A DNA stretch of 32,000 nucleotides from Methanocaldococcus jannaschii DSM 2661. Lineage in GTDB: Archaea > AGJL01 > Methanococci > Methanococcales > Methanocaldococcaceae. The notes below the pieces were generated by a model that was not told the origin of the DNA, did not search any database, and worked only from the letters and a program-made list of their open reading frames with translations. Below, piece by piece: positions 20,255 to 29,360 of this stretch; the stretch's first letter is position 1; the number at the start of each line of letters is the position of its first letter. The position numbers and the translations under genes are program-made. The stretch lies in contig NC_000909.1 in assembly GCF_000091665.1 (NCBI RefSeq), forward strand, positions 443,581-475,580. The letters run 5' to 3'.

Positions 20255-20517
20255 TTATTGATTATTTTCTTTATATTCGGCATCTAATATCACTGCTCTA
20301 ATCAAAATTAAACTCAAAACTGCATTAACTGCAATAAATGTCATCAATGCAAGGGCTTCATCATAAGCTAAGAATATTAAAGAAACGCCTATTGTTGGTA
20401 CTTCAACATTTAACATCCTAATTAGGGGATTATCAACTTCGGCCCTATAACAGTTCCAAGAGTTCCAATAATTAATAGTGCATATCCAATATAGAGAATA
20501 TATTCAACGAGTTCCAT
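20255..20517 (-). CDS. ehaE: Eha membrane subunit E, frameshifted (missing from the supplied ORF track)
   Basis: MELVEYILYIGYALLIIGTLGTVIGP | EVDNPLIRMLNVEVPTIGVSLIFLAYDEALALMTFIAVNAVLSLILIRAVILDAEYKENNQ*. The two frames join at GGGCCGAAG near 20441. Confidence 0.8.
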
Positions 20518-20538
20518 AAATATTCACCATACTTTTTC

Positions 20539-20817
20539 TTATTTAGACAATATTGGCAAATTTCTACCATATCTTTTCTTTTTCTTTACTGTTGTTAGGT
20601 ATTTCAAATATCCAAGTAATAAAATTACTGTGCAGATTGGTTCGCAGAGTGATGAGACTATAGCAATATCCAGGTAATAACATGAAACAATTAAACCAAT
20701 CATCCCTATTTCTAACAAAGCAAGCATAATAATTTTGTTTATTGGATTTGTATGTAAGATAACTCCAATTCCTCCCAATATGCAACATATTCCAGATACT
20801 AATGGTAAAACCTCCAA
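20539..20817 (-). CDS. ehaD: Eha membrane subunit D
   Basis: NuoK-like small membrane protein; eha order. Confidence 0.78.
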   Translation of the reverse strand: MEVLPLVSGICCILGGIGVILHTNPINKIIMLALLEIGMIGLIVSCYYLDIAIVSSLCEPICTVILLLGYLKYLTTVKKKKRYGRNLPILSK

Positions 20818-20825
20818 ATTTTCAC

Positions 20826-21074
20826 CTATTCAATATGTTTTGTTTGCTCTATTGTATAGGCAATTGCATTGGATGAGATAGTTGAGCATATAAAGTATGT
20901 TATAGCCACTATACCTCCCATTGGTGAATCCACATATAGAGCAATTAATGCAGAGATACAGAAGCTTAAACAACAAAGGTAAAGCAATTTTCTTGCTCTA
21001 CTTCTTTCTAAGAATATCCTTGCTGTCATTAACAATGCTATAAATCCAATAATTATCTCTACAATATCCATCAT
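20826..21074 (-). CDS. ehaC: Eha membrane subunit C
   Basis: Small hydrophobic protein; eha order. Confidence 0.75.
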
Positions 21075-21565
21075 TCCCCTCTATTCATCTTTTTAGCTAT
21101 TTTTCCAAGTAATATAGAGGCATATCTGTGCTCAAATCCTTGAATTGTAAATATTGCCAAGACCATTCCCACAATGAAATATTTTGCTTCAATTATTGGA
21201 TTTAGGAGATAGATAATAGCAGTTATTGTTAAAGCTCCAATAGTTCCAGCATAACCTGGGTCTGCACATAGACGATTACCAATCCAAACCAATAAAGCCG
21301 CTATAAACCCTCCTTCAATTCCCATTAGGTAGTTCATTATTGAAGCCAATAATGTTCCTGCTGAGGCATCTGGAGAGCACACAATATTTCCCATAAAGTA
21401 GCCTCCATTTAAATTTCCACCGATATCTCTAATCTTCTCTCCTATTGTCTTAGCTCCTAAAACTCCTGGCTTTTCTGGAAGTCCAAAATAAGTATCGATA
21501 AGAACAAAGTTAAGCCAGCAGATAATCCCAGCAATAATTATTTTTACAATTTCAACAATCTCCAT
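21071..21565 (-). CDS. ehaB: Eha membrane subunit B
   Basis: Hydrophobic; eha order; overlaps ehaC by 4 bp. Confidence 0.8.
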
Positions 21566-21861
21566 TACGGCTCACCAAATAACTTATCAGCATATTTTGA
21601 TAATAGAGCTCCAAACAGCCCAGCAAAGAATGCCAAGCTTATATAATCCCCAAATAAATTCCTAAATATTGCCTCAATGCCTAAAGCTAAGATTGGTGTT
21701 GGAAATATAATAGATGTCTCAAAGCTAAACCTTATAGGCTTTTCTTTTGGGATTATTGGAAGTTTTAGGACTAAAGCAACAATTACTGATGTTATTAGAG
21801 CTATTAGATATAAAATAATAATATCCATCACTCTCACCAGCAATGAATTATTATACACCAT
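21565..21861 (-). CDS. ehaA: Eha membrane subunit A; likely ATG start at about 21829 ([11 protein letters not shown])
   Basis: Hydrophobic; first gene of the eha set. Confidence 0.78.
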
Positions 21862-21937
21862 AGGGCTTCGCCCTATTGGGATACCCAGAGCGGGGCTTCA
21901 CTACGTTCAGCCCCACTTTCTTTTATTTCCCTGATTT
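21859..21937. mobile_element. Hairpin element, locus 8
   Basis: CCATAGGGCTTCGCCCTATTGGGATACCCAGAGCGGGGCTTCACTACGTTCAGCCCCAC. Flanked by ACCAGCAATGAATTAT at 21836 and 21938. Confidence 0.88.
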
Positions 21938-22634
21938 ACCAGCAATGAATTATAACACAATCTTTATTTATTGAATAAATTGGTGGAACTTCATCTTTTG
22001 GAAATACTTGGATGATAACCTTCTTCCCAGTTTTTTTCATGAATTTTTTTTCTAATCTCCTAATATCTGAGCAATCTAAGAATATCTCAACATATTTATT
22101 GTCAAGATGTTTTCCTATGACTTTTATTCTCCCTCTTGATAGTTCTATCCTCTCAATATCCATAACTTCTAACCTACTTCTCATCTCATTTAATAAGTTC
22201 TCCTTACTTATTATTAATACAGGGTAGTTTTCAATTAACCTAAGATACCCCTTATCACCTTTTTCAATAATTTCAGATACAAATTCTGCAAAAGTATCTT
22301 CAAACTTTAAAAGGGAGAGTGCATCTAAAAGTTCAATTATTGGATTTTCAACATTGTTTGAGGAGAAACATTTTAATAAACCAAGAGTTACAGCAGTTGC
22401 TATAAGTTTAGTTGCTGGTCTTTTTCCTTTCTCTAACATGCTGAGATGAGATTGACTAATTCCACTTTCTTTAGCTAATTTTGATTGGGTAATTTTTAAT
22501 TTTTCTCTAAAAGCCTGGATATATTGAGGATTTAATAGTATTGCCCTTTCAATAATCTCTAATTTTTTATACATGTTCTCACGAAATTGATATTTGATAT
22601 CTACCAAATAAATTAGGAAAACATATTCCGCCAT
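21936..22634 (-). CDS. HTH (Xre-type) transcriptional regulator; likely start [13 protein letters not shown]
   Basis: [46 protein letters not shown]. Confidence 0.85.
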
Positions 22635-22766
22635 TTTTCATAATCAATCATTATATTATCGCCATGGAATAACATTATCCTCTGGGAAATATATAAAAGT
22701 TACCCACAAAAAATAAGACGAAAAGTTTATATATTAGATTGATTAAAAGTTCCCATAGGTGATAAA

Positions 22767-23363
22767 ATGGAAAATGTGCAAAGGTTAGACTGTCCAGTAT
22801 GTGGAGGTAAAGGCACTTTTGTAATAACCTCTCACCAAATAGATATCCCATACTTCGGCCCTGTGTTAGAAACAACGATGATTTGTGAAAAATGCAACTT
22901 TAGAAGAAGTGACGTGTTTCCATTAGAAGTAAGGGAGCCGAAGAAATATATATTAAAAATTGAAAGTGAGAGGGATTTAAATAAAAGAGTTGTTAGAAGT
23001 TCTTCAGCATATATACAAATTCCAGAACTTGGAGTTGAAATTAAGCCTGGTCCATTAGCTGAAGGGTTTGTTAGCAATGTTGAGGGGGTTTTAAACAGAG
23101 TTGATAACATTTTACAGACTTTAATTAGATGGGCTGAGACAGAGGAACAGAAAAAGAAAGCTGAAGAGCTTAGAGAAAGAATAAAGAAATTAAAAGAGGG
23201 TAAAGAAGAAGCAACTTTAATACTGATAGACCCATTAGGACATAGTGCCATTATTGGAGAAGGTGTTGAAGAAGAGATATTAAGTGAGGAAGAAGTTGAA
23301 AAACTAAAAGAAGGCATTGTAATTATGGACTTAGATAAAGATAAAGAGAAAGAAAAAGAATAA
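22767..23363 (+). CDS. ZPR1-like zinc finger protein
   Basis: CPVCGGKGTFVITSHQIDIPYFGPVLETTMICEKCNFRRSDVFPLE. Confidence 0.8.
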   Translation: MENVQRLDCPVCGGKGTFVITSHQIDIPYFGPVLETTMICEKCNFRRSDVFPLEVREPKKYILKIESERDLNKRVVRSSSAYIQIPELGVEIKPGPLAEGFVSNVEGVLNRVDNILQTLIRWAETEEQKKKAEELRERIKKLKEGKEEATLILIDPLGHSAIIGEGVEEEILSEEEVEKLKEGIVIMDLDKDKEKEKE

Positions 23364-23371
23364 AAAATAAT

Positions 23372-23427
23372 GGCTCAGTTCGGGTAAGTATCATCACAGT
23401 TCAGCTAACCCTCTTTTCATCATTGCC
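23372..23427 (-). ncRNA. C/D box guide sRNA
   Basis: Minus strand 5'-GGCA-ATGATGA(C)-AAAGAGGGTTAG-CTGA(D')-AC-TGTGATGA(C')-TACTTACCCGAA-CTGA(D)-GCC-3'. Complete box set, 12-nt guides, GGC/GCC terminal pairing, 56 nt. Confidence 0.9.
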
Positions 23428-23583
23428 ATATTTATATATATTTTCAAAATTAATGATTTTTATTAGGAGTTAATAGGGTTTATATGTGTATTATCATGTT
23501 GATAATCACTAATGAAAAAGGTTTTTATTTTATTGGCACTTAAATATTATATACTAAATTCAATAATAAGAAATGGTGAAAAC

Positions 23584-24024
23584 TTGTATAAAAAAATAGT
23601 CATCCCAACTGATGGTTCAGATGTTTCACTTGAAGCTGCAAAGCATGCAATCAATATAGCTAAGGAGTTTGATGCAGAAGTTTATGCAATATATGTTGTC
23701 GATGTCTCTCCATTTGTTGGACTTCCTGCAGAGGGAAGTTGGGAACTGATAAGTGAGCTTTTAAAAGAGGAGGGGCAGGAAGCATTAAAAAAAGTTAAAA
23801 AAATGGCTGAAGAGTGGGGAGTTAAGATTCATACAGAGATGTTAGAGGGTGTCCCAGCAAATGAGATTGTTGAATTTGCTGAAAAGAAAAAGGCAGATTT
23901 GATAGTTATGGGAACTACTGGAAAGACAGGATTGGAAAGAATATTATTGGGAAGTGTAGCTGAGAGAGTTATTAAAAATGCACACTGTCCAGTTTTAGTA
24001 GTTAAAAAACCAAAGAAAGAATAA
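23584..24024 (+). CDS. Universal stress protein (UspA family); track ORF starts at 23512, but a TTG start at 23584 preceded by GGTGA is more likely
   Basis: YKKIVIPTDGSDVSLEAAK ... DLIVMGTTGKTGLERILLGSVAERVIKNAHCPVLVVK. Confidence 0.9.
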   Translation: MYKKIVIPTDGSDVSLEAAKHAINIAKEFDAEVYAIYVVDVSPFVGLPAEGSWELISELLKEEGQEALKKVKKMAEEWGVKIHTEMLEGVPANEIVEFAEKKKADLIVMGTTGKTGLERILLGSVAERVIKNAHCPVLVVKKPKKE

Positions 24025-24026
24025 AA

Positions 24027-25244
24027 TTATAATAAATCCTTAAAGTATTTTAAAAGTGATGGTTTTTTAGTTATTATTCTCTTGACAAATTTTTTCAAGT
24101 CAATGCCGTCTAAACTTTCTCCTAAAGCTTCTGCTAAAGCATCTAACTCATCATCACTCATTTTCTCTAAGATTTTTCTATACTTTAAATGGCTCATTAA
24201 ATATTCATAATGCTTTTCTTTCCATCTTCTTTCATATTCTTTTAGGGTTTCTTCACTCCAATCATTTAATTTTATAGCTTTACTTGCTACTTCTCCAGCT
24301 ATTAATCCACAATCCATAGCTAAATAAATTCCTCCACCAGTTAATGGGCTTATCTGCCCAGCAGCATCCCCCACAACTAAAAGACCATCAGTATAGGTTT
24401 TTTCTATAGGGCCAGAAACAGGAGCTCCTCCAACTTTGAATTCTATTGGTGTTGCATCCTTTAACCTATCTTTAGCTAAACCATTTTCTATGAACTCTTC
24501 TAAATATTCTATTGCCTTCTTCTTTTTATCTCTAACTCCCAAACCAACATTAGCTGTTTCTCCTTTGGGGAATATCCAAACATACCCTCCTGGAGCCACT
24601 TCATTACCAAAATAGAATTCCATCATATTTTTATCCAACAATTCAACATTTGTCATCTCATATTCAGCACAGGAGCAAATCTCCAATGGCTTTTTCTTTG
24701 CCTTTAAACCAGCATATTCAGCTATATTGCTCTCAACACCATCAGCAGCTATAACCACTTTAGTTTTTATAACATACTCCTCTCCTAAAAATTCAACTAT
24801 AACATTCCAATAATCTCCGTCCCTCTCTAAACCAATAGCTGTTGTTTTTACTGCTACTTTAGCTCCTGCTTTAGCTGCCCTTATAGCCAAATATTTATCA
24901 AAAATTTTTCTCTCAACTACATATCCTTGAGCCTTATCTTGAGTTACTGTAACTTTTTTTCCAGAAGGAGAAAATAAAATTCCTCCCTTAATAATGTTTC
25001 TAACAAACTCTGGTTCTGGTTTTAATCCAAATTCCTCTATTGATGGAATTGCCTCAGCACACCTAACTGGCTCACCAATCTCTTGAGATTTCTCAATTAA
25101 TAGTGTTTTAGCTCCATTCTTTGCTGATGCATAACTTGCCATACTTCCTCCGGGACCTGCTCCAACAACCACTACATCATATACATCATTTAACTCTCTC
25201 ATCATTCCCCCTCTAATGCATTTAATGGACATACTATTGTGCAT
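24027..25244 (-). CDS. Digeranylgeranylglycerophospholipid reductase/geranylgeranyl reductase family; real start [19 protein letters not shown]
   Basis: [50 protein letters not shown]. Confidence 0.88.
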   Translation of the reverse strand: MHNSMSIKCIRGGMMRELNDVYDVVVVGAGPGGSMASYASAKNGAKTLLIEKSQEIGEPVRCAEAIPSIEEFGLKPEPEFVRNIIKGGILFSPSGKKVTVTQDKAQGYVVERKIFDKYLAIRAAKAGAKVAVKTTAIGLERDGDYWNVIVEFLGEEYVIKTKVVIAADGVESNIAEYAGLKAKKKPLEICSCAEYEMTNVELLDKNMMEFYFGNEVAPGGYVWIFPKGETANVGLGVRDKKKKAIEYLEEFIENGLAKDRLKDATPIEFKVGGAPVSGPIEKTYTDGLLVVGDAAGQISPLTGGGIYLAMDCGLIAGEVASKAIKLNDWSEETLKEYERRWKEKHYEYLMSHLKYRKILEKMSDDELDALAEALGESLDGIDLKKFVKRIITKKPSLLKYFKDLL

Positions 25245-25384
25245 AACTTACAGTTATTACACTTTTTTTCATCAATAACTATAATATGTTCTATCAAATT
25301 GATAGCTAACTTTTCACAAACTCCAACGCACGCTCCACAATAACCACACTTTTTGTAGTCTATTTTTACCATAATTTCCCTCAA
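25202..25384 (-). CDS. 2[4Fe-4S] ferredoxin
   Basis: [11 protein letters not shown] and [12 protein letters not shown]; overlaps the reductase start (TGATG). Confidence 0.9.
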   Translation of the reverse strand: MREIMVKIDYKKCGYCGACVGVCEKLAINLIEHIIVIDEKKCNNCKLCTIVCPLNALEGE

Positions 25385-25535
25385 TCTATGCTGTTAATCA
25401 AACTAAAACATTTATAAAGATTACTTAGTTGTTATTTTACTTAAATTAACATTGGACATTTATTATATATTACTATCGCCAGAATATTTAATGTTGTAAT
25501 CTTTAGAGTTTTGGGTTCTTATAATTAATATTTTT

Positions 25536-26711
25536 GTGGTGAAATATATGGTGCTTAAAATAAAAGATAATATTTACTGCATGAGTTTTATAGAATGGAA
25601 AATTAAAGAGTATAGGGGATTAGACATTGAAAAAGGGACTACATATAACTCATATCTAATCTTAGATAAAAACAATGTTATAATCGATACTACAAGAATA
25701 AAGTATTTTGATGAATTATTGTCATATTTGAAAGACGTAGCTAATTTGAAATTAGATTATATTATCTCAAACCATATTAGTCCTGACCATAACGAATGCA
25801 TAGAAAAACTTATTGAGCTTACAGAAGCGAAGATTGTGACTACAAAAATTAGAAAATATTATTTAGATGCTCAATTTAATACAAAAGATTGGGAATTTGT
25901 CATTGTAAAAAATGGAGATGAATTAAATATTGGAAATAGAACATTAAAATTTATAACTGATGACAAGTGTGAATATATGCTAACATACTGTGTAGAAGAT
26001 AAAATTCTGTTTTCAAATGATTTATTTAGTCAACATGTGGTTTATAAAGAGAAAATAGACAGTGATATTGGTCATAAAATTATGCTGGATGCTAAGGAGT
26101 ATTTTGCCAATATTTTATTACCATATAGAAAAAGCATCTTAAAAATTCTAAATATCTTGAAGGATTTGGATTTAGAGTATATATGTCCATCACATGGTGT
26201 TATTTGGCATATAATGATTGATGAAATTTTAACAAAATACCGTATGTGGTGTTCTGATTCATATAAAAATACTGCAGTCATTGTATATGCAACTATATAC
26301 TCTTCAACAGAAAAAATAGCCAAAGCCCTTGGAGAGGGATTATCTGAAGAAGGAGTTGATGTAATATACCACAGATTAGATACTTCCCCATTGAACATTA
26401 TAATGAGAGATATCTTAGACGCAAAATACGTATTGGTTGGTTCTCCAACAATAAATATGAATGTGCATCCAAAGGTTGGAATGTTATTAACTTATATAGA
26501 AGGATTAAAGCCAAGTAATAAAAAGATTGGCGTAGCCTTTGGCTCCTATGGTTGGAAAGAATGTGCGACTAAAAAAATAATTGAGGCTTTTAAAAGGTTA
26601 GGGTTTAAAATTGTTGATGATAAGATATTGACATTTAGATTTGCTCCAAAAGAAAATGATATTAAAAAAATTAAAGAGTTTGGTAGAAAGTTAGCAAAAA
26701 TTAACGTCTAA
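25536..26711 (+). CDS. Flavodiiron protein family (FprA-like) with non-canonical diiron ligands; likely start MVLKIKDNIY
   Basis: Metallo-beta-lactamase-like NHISPDHNE, SNDLFSQHVV, CPSHGVIWH; flavodoxin domain AVIVYATIYSSTEKIAKALGEGL. Confidence 0.85.
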   Translation: MVKYMVLKIKDNIYCMSFIEWKIKEYRGLDIEKGTTYNSYLILDKNNVIIDTTRIKYFDELLSYLKDVANLKLDYIISNHISPDHNECIEKLIELTEAKIVTTKIRKYYLDAQFNTKDWEFVIVKNGDELNIGNRTLKFITDDKCEYMLTYCVEDKILFSNDLFSQHVVYKEKIDSDIGHKIMLDAKEYFANILLPYRKSILKILNILKDLDLEYICPSHGVIWHIMIDEILTKYRMWCSDSYKNTAVIVYATIYSSTEKIAKALGEGLSEEGVDVIYHRLDTSPLNIIMRDILDAKYVLVGSPTINMNVHPKVGMLLTYIEGLKPSNKKIGVAFGSYGWKECATKKIIEAFKRLGFKIVDDKILTFRFAPKENDIKKIKEFGRKLAKINV

Positions 26712-26745
26712 CTACTTATTATAATATATAAACTGCGGAGTCCTA

Positions 26746-27777
26746 TTAAAAAATATCCAAATACTCCCCAATTATCTTTTTAACATTTTTAACCATTGAT
26801 TTAACTTCATTAGAATTAATAACTGTATAATCCTCTAAATTATCCAACACATCTTTAGCATCAACATATCCATCTAAAAATGCTGGTGGAGCATACTTTA
26901 AACCTATACTGTATCCTCCTTCTAAAACTGCTGTAACACTATATCCGCTTAGCTTAGCTCCTACAAATCTATAAAATGTTTCAGTTAAGTCCATACTTGC
27001 AAGGCCATCATTTATAAATGCATCAAAACCTGCAGAAACTAAAACAGTATCTGGACTAAAGTAATTTAAAATTGGCTCAACAATCTCATTCCATGCAAAT
27101 ATATAATCAGCATCAGTTGAATGTGCTGGGAAAGGAAGATTTATTTTAGTCCCTTTTGCCTCTTCTCCTCCAATATCTAATATATCTCCAGTTCCTGGAT
27201 AGATGCCTCTTTGGTGGAAATCTATATGAATAACTCTATTATCATTCCAGAAGATTTCTTGAGTGCCGTTTCCATGATGCACATCAAAATCAATTATTAT
27301 GACTTTTTTCATATAATTTTTAGCTAATCTTGCAGCTCCTGCTATATTATTAAATATGCAAAAACCGTTTGACATTGCTCCTAAAGCCCTTCCAGAAATT
27401 CCAGCATGATGTCCTGGAGGTCTTGTTAATGCAAAGTATAAATCCCTATCTTTTAATGCTAATTTTACAGCTTCTTTTGCCAATTTAAAGGCAGTTAATG
27501 CTGCGTCTAAGGTTCTATCACAGAGATATGTATCACCATCATAATAGTTAAATGATTTGCTTAGATTTATAATTGAATATACATAATCTCTACTATGAAT
27601 CTCTAAAATCTCATTAATTGTAGATTTTCCTTCAATTAAAACTATATCATCAAAGCCATTAGATTTTAAGCTGTTTAAAATGGTTAAAACTCTCTCTGGA
27701 TTTTCAACATGGTAGGATTTTGGTTTATGCCCTAAAACCTCTGGATTGTATAAAATTTTTGGCATAATGGACACCAA
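26746..27777 (-). CDS. Histone deacetylase/acetylpolyamine amidohydrolase family
   Basis: ALTRPPGHHAG, IIDFDVHHGNGTQEIF, VSAGFDAFINDGLASM. Confidence 0.92.
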   Translation of the reverse strand: MVSIMPKILYNPEVLGHKPKSYHVENPERVLTILNSLKSNGFDDIVLIEGKSTINEILEIHSRDYVYSIINLSKSFNYYDGDTYLCDRTLDAALTAFKLAKEAVKLALKDRDLYFALTRPPGHHAGISGRALGAMSNGFCIFNNIAGAARLAKNYMKKVIIIDFDVHHGNGTQEIFWNDNRVIHIDFHQRGIYPGTGDILDIGGEEAKGTKINLPFPAHSTDADYIFAWNEIVEPILNYFSPDTVLVSAGFDAFINDGLASMDLTETFYRFVGAKLSGYSVTAVLEGGYSIGLKYAPPAFLDGYVDAKDVLDNLEDYTVINSNEVKSMVKNVKKIIGEYLDIF

Positions 27778-27855
27778 AAAATAGGTTTTTAGTTTAATAT
27801 TTCTCTTTTGGGATATAAAAAATTATTTAGGATATTTTAGAGTGGATAAAAAAGA

Positions 27856-28106
27856 GTTTTTGATACAATATTGTTCTTCTTAAACACGAAATATAGGGTT
27901 GGACAAAAATCGTGGAAAAAGAGAGGAGGTGACTATGATGGGTTTCCATACAATACTGTTCTCCTTAAACAATTTTAGAGATTAGGGGGGAGCCGCCCTC
28001 ACACCTCCCGTTTCCATACAACAATGTTCTTCTTAAACAGACTATCAGATGTAACCGATATTATCGATAAACGTTTAGTTTCCATACAACAATGTTCTTC
28101 TTAAAC
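27856..28106 (-). CRISPR. Orphan mini-CRISPR: 4 repeats (two identical, one mildly degenerate, one decayed), 3 intervals
   Basis: GTTTCCATACAACAATGTTCTTCTTAAAC at 28010-28038 and 28078-28106; GTTTCCATACAATACTGTTCTCCTTAAAC at 27942-27970; GTTTTTGATACAATATTGTTCTTCTTAAAC at 27856-27885. Intervals 56, 39 and 39 nt. Decay at low coordinates suggests the leader lies at the high-coordinate side. Confidence 0.82.
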
Positions 28107-28730
28107 CCTTTATATTTAGATATATTATAACTAATATTTATACTTTACTATTTAAAATTATTAATAACCAATATTAACATTCAATAAAAACCTTTTATTT
28201 TATCTAATAAATTAACAAAAAACCTCTAATCAAATAATAACCTAAAAATCATATCTTACATCTAAAAAATCTCCCCTATTCATTCAAATCTAAATTTTGA
28301 GTAATACTTTTTTAGTGATAATGATTATTTCAACCAAATAGAGAATTTTTAACTAATAAAATTTAAAATTTTCATTTAAAAATCTTTAAAATCAAAATCT
28401 GATAATGTAATCATTGGATAAATTTTTATCAATTTTTCATATACAAATAAAACATATAAAACCAAAACTATAGAAATCTATTTTTTAATTATCTAAAATT
28501 TCAAAAGTTTTTATTAGTTTTACTCAATTTTAAAGATTATTTTTATAACTCCGATTATTTGATTCTATAAAATTATCTCCATAATAAAATCTTTCATAAA
28601 ATCCCTTTAAATTAAAAAAATCTCAAAAATTAGAAAGTTTTTTATTAAAATAATAATTTTCTATTTGTAGTCCATAAAATCAAATATTCAGATACTTACA
28701 ATTTTCCAGCAACTTCATAACCCTTACTAA

Positions 28731-28792
28731 CCATAGGGCTTCGCCCTATTGGGATACCTGGATGCATTGCTTCTTTACAGAAGCAATGCCTC
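28731..28792. mobile_element. Hairpin element, locus 9
   Basis: CCATAGGGCTTCGCCCTATTGGGATACCTGGATGCATTGCTTCTTTACAGAAGCAATGCC. Flanks 28697-28730 vs 28798-28831 are copies of the korC 3' end (core 20/21). Confidence 0.88.
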
Positions 28793-28796
28793 TTCT

Positions 28797-29360
28797 TTAT
28801 AACTCCTTTGCAACTTCATATCCCTTACTAAATGCCAATAAGTTTTTCTCTTCAGTTCCCTTTGGAACACTATCTAAAATTGCCTTTTCCATACTTTCCT
28901 TTGAAACAATATTTGTTAATCTTGTTAAAGCTCCTAACATAACTATATTTGCAACAATTGGAAGTTTTATCTCCTCTGATGCAATCCTTGTAAATGGGAT
29001 TTTATACATCGTTACATCAACTTCTGGCATTTTATCTGTTGAAACTAAATCCTCATCAACCAATACAACTCCTCCCTCTTTAATATCATCCTTATACTTA
29101 TCATAAGCCTGCTGTGATAAACAAACCAATATATCCGGCTTTATAACCTTTGGGAAGTCAATTGGCTCATCACTGATAACAACCTCTGACTTACTTGCCC
29201 CCCCTCTTGCTTCCGGCCCATAAGACTGTGTTTGAACTGCCTCTTTATTGTCATACAATGCTGCTGCCCTCCCTAAAATAACTCCAGCCAAAATAATTCC
29301 CTGCCCACCAAATCCAGAGAGTCTTATCTCTTTTCTCATCTTAACCCTCCTTTTATTCAC
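28797..29360 (-). CDS. korC: 2-oxoacid:ferredoxin oxidoreductase gamma subunit (KorC-like)
   Basis: IRLSGFGGQGIILAGVILGRAAAL, SYGPEARGGASKSEVVISD. Confidence 0.9.
   Translation of the reverse strand: MNKRRVKMRKEIRLSGFGGQGIILAGVILGRAAALYDNKEAVQTQSYGPEARGGASKSEVVISDEPIDFPKVIKPDILVCLSQQAYDKYKDDIKEGGVVLVDEDLVSTDKMPEVDVTMYKIPFTRIASEEIKLPIVANIVMLGALTRLTNIVSKESMEKAILDSVPKGTEEKNLLAFSKGYEVAKEL

Noticed and set aside
23455-23510. Inverted repeat GTGTATTATC-ATGTT-GATAATCAC upstream of the stress protein gene as an operator
   Set aside because: Imperfect, AT-rich and single occurrence; insufficient evidence for a regulatory site.
25215-25245. AATGGACAT string near the ferredoxin/reductase junction as an element fragment
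   Set aside because: Too short, no hairpin core, and the flanking genes retain an intact TGATG overlap.
27856-28106. Treating the mini-array as a new defence island
   Set aside because: No cas or other defence genes within the window; flanking genes are housekeeping (HDAC family, korC). Only an orphan array is supported.
28107-28693. Further CRISPR repeats of the 7.3-kb type (for example AAAATCAAAATCTGATAATG at about 28388)
   Set aside because: Only short AT-rich resemblance and no periodicity that I could establish by eye.
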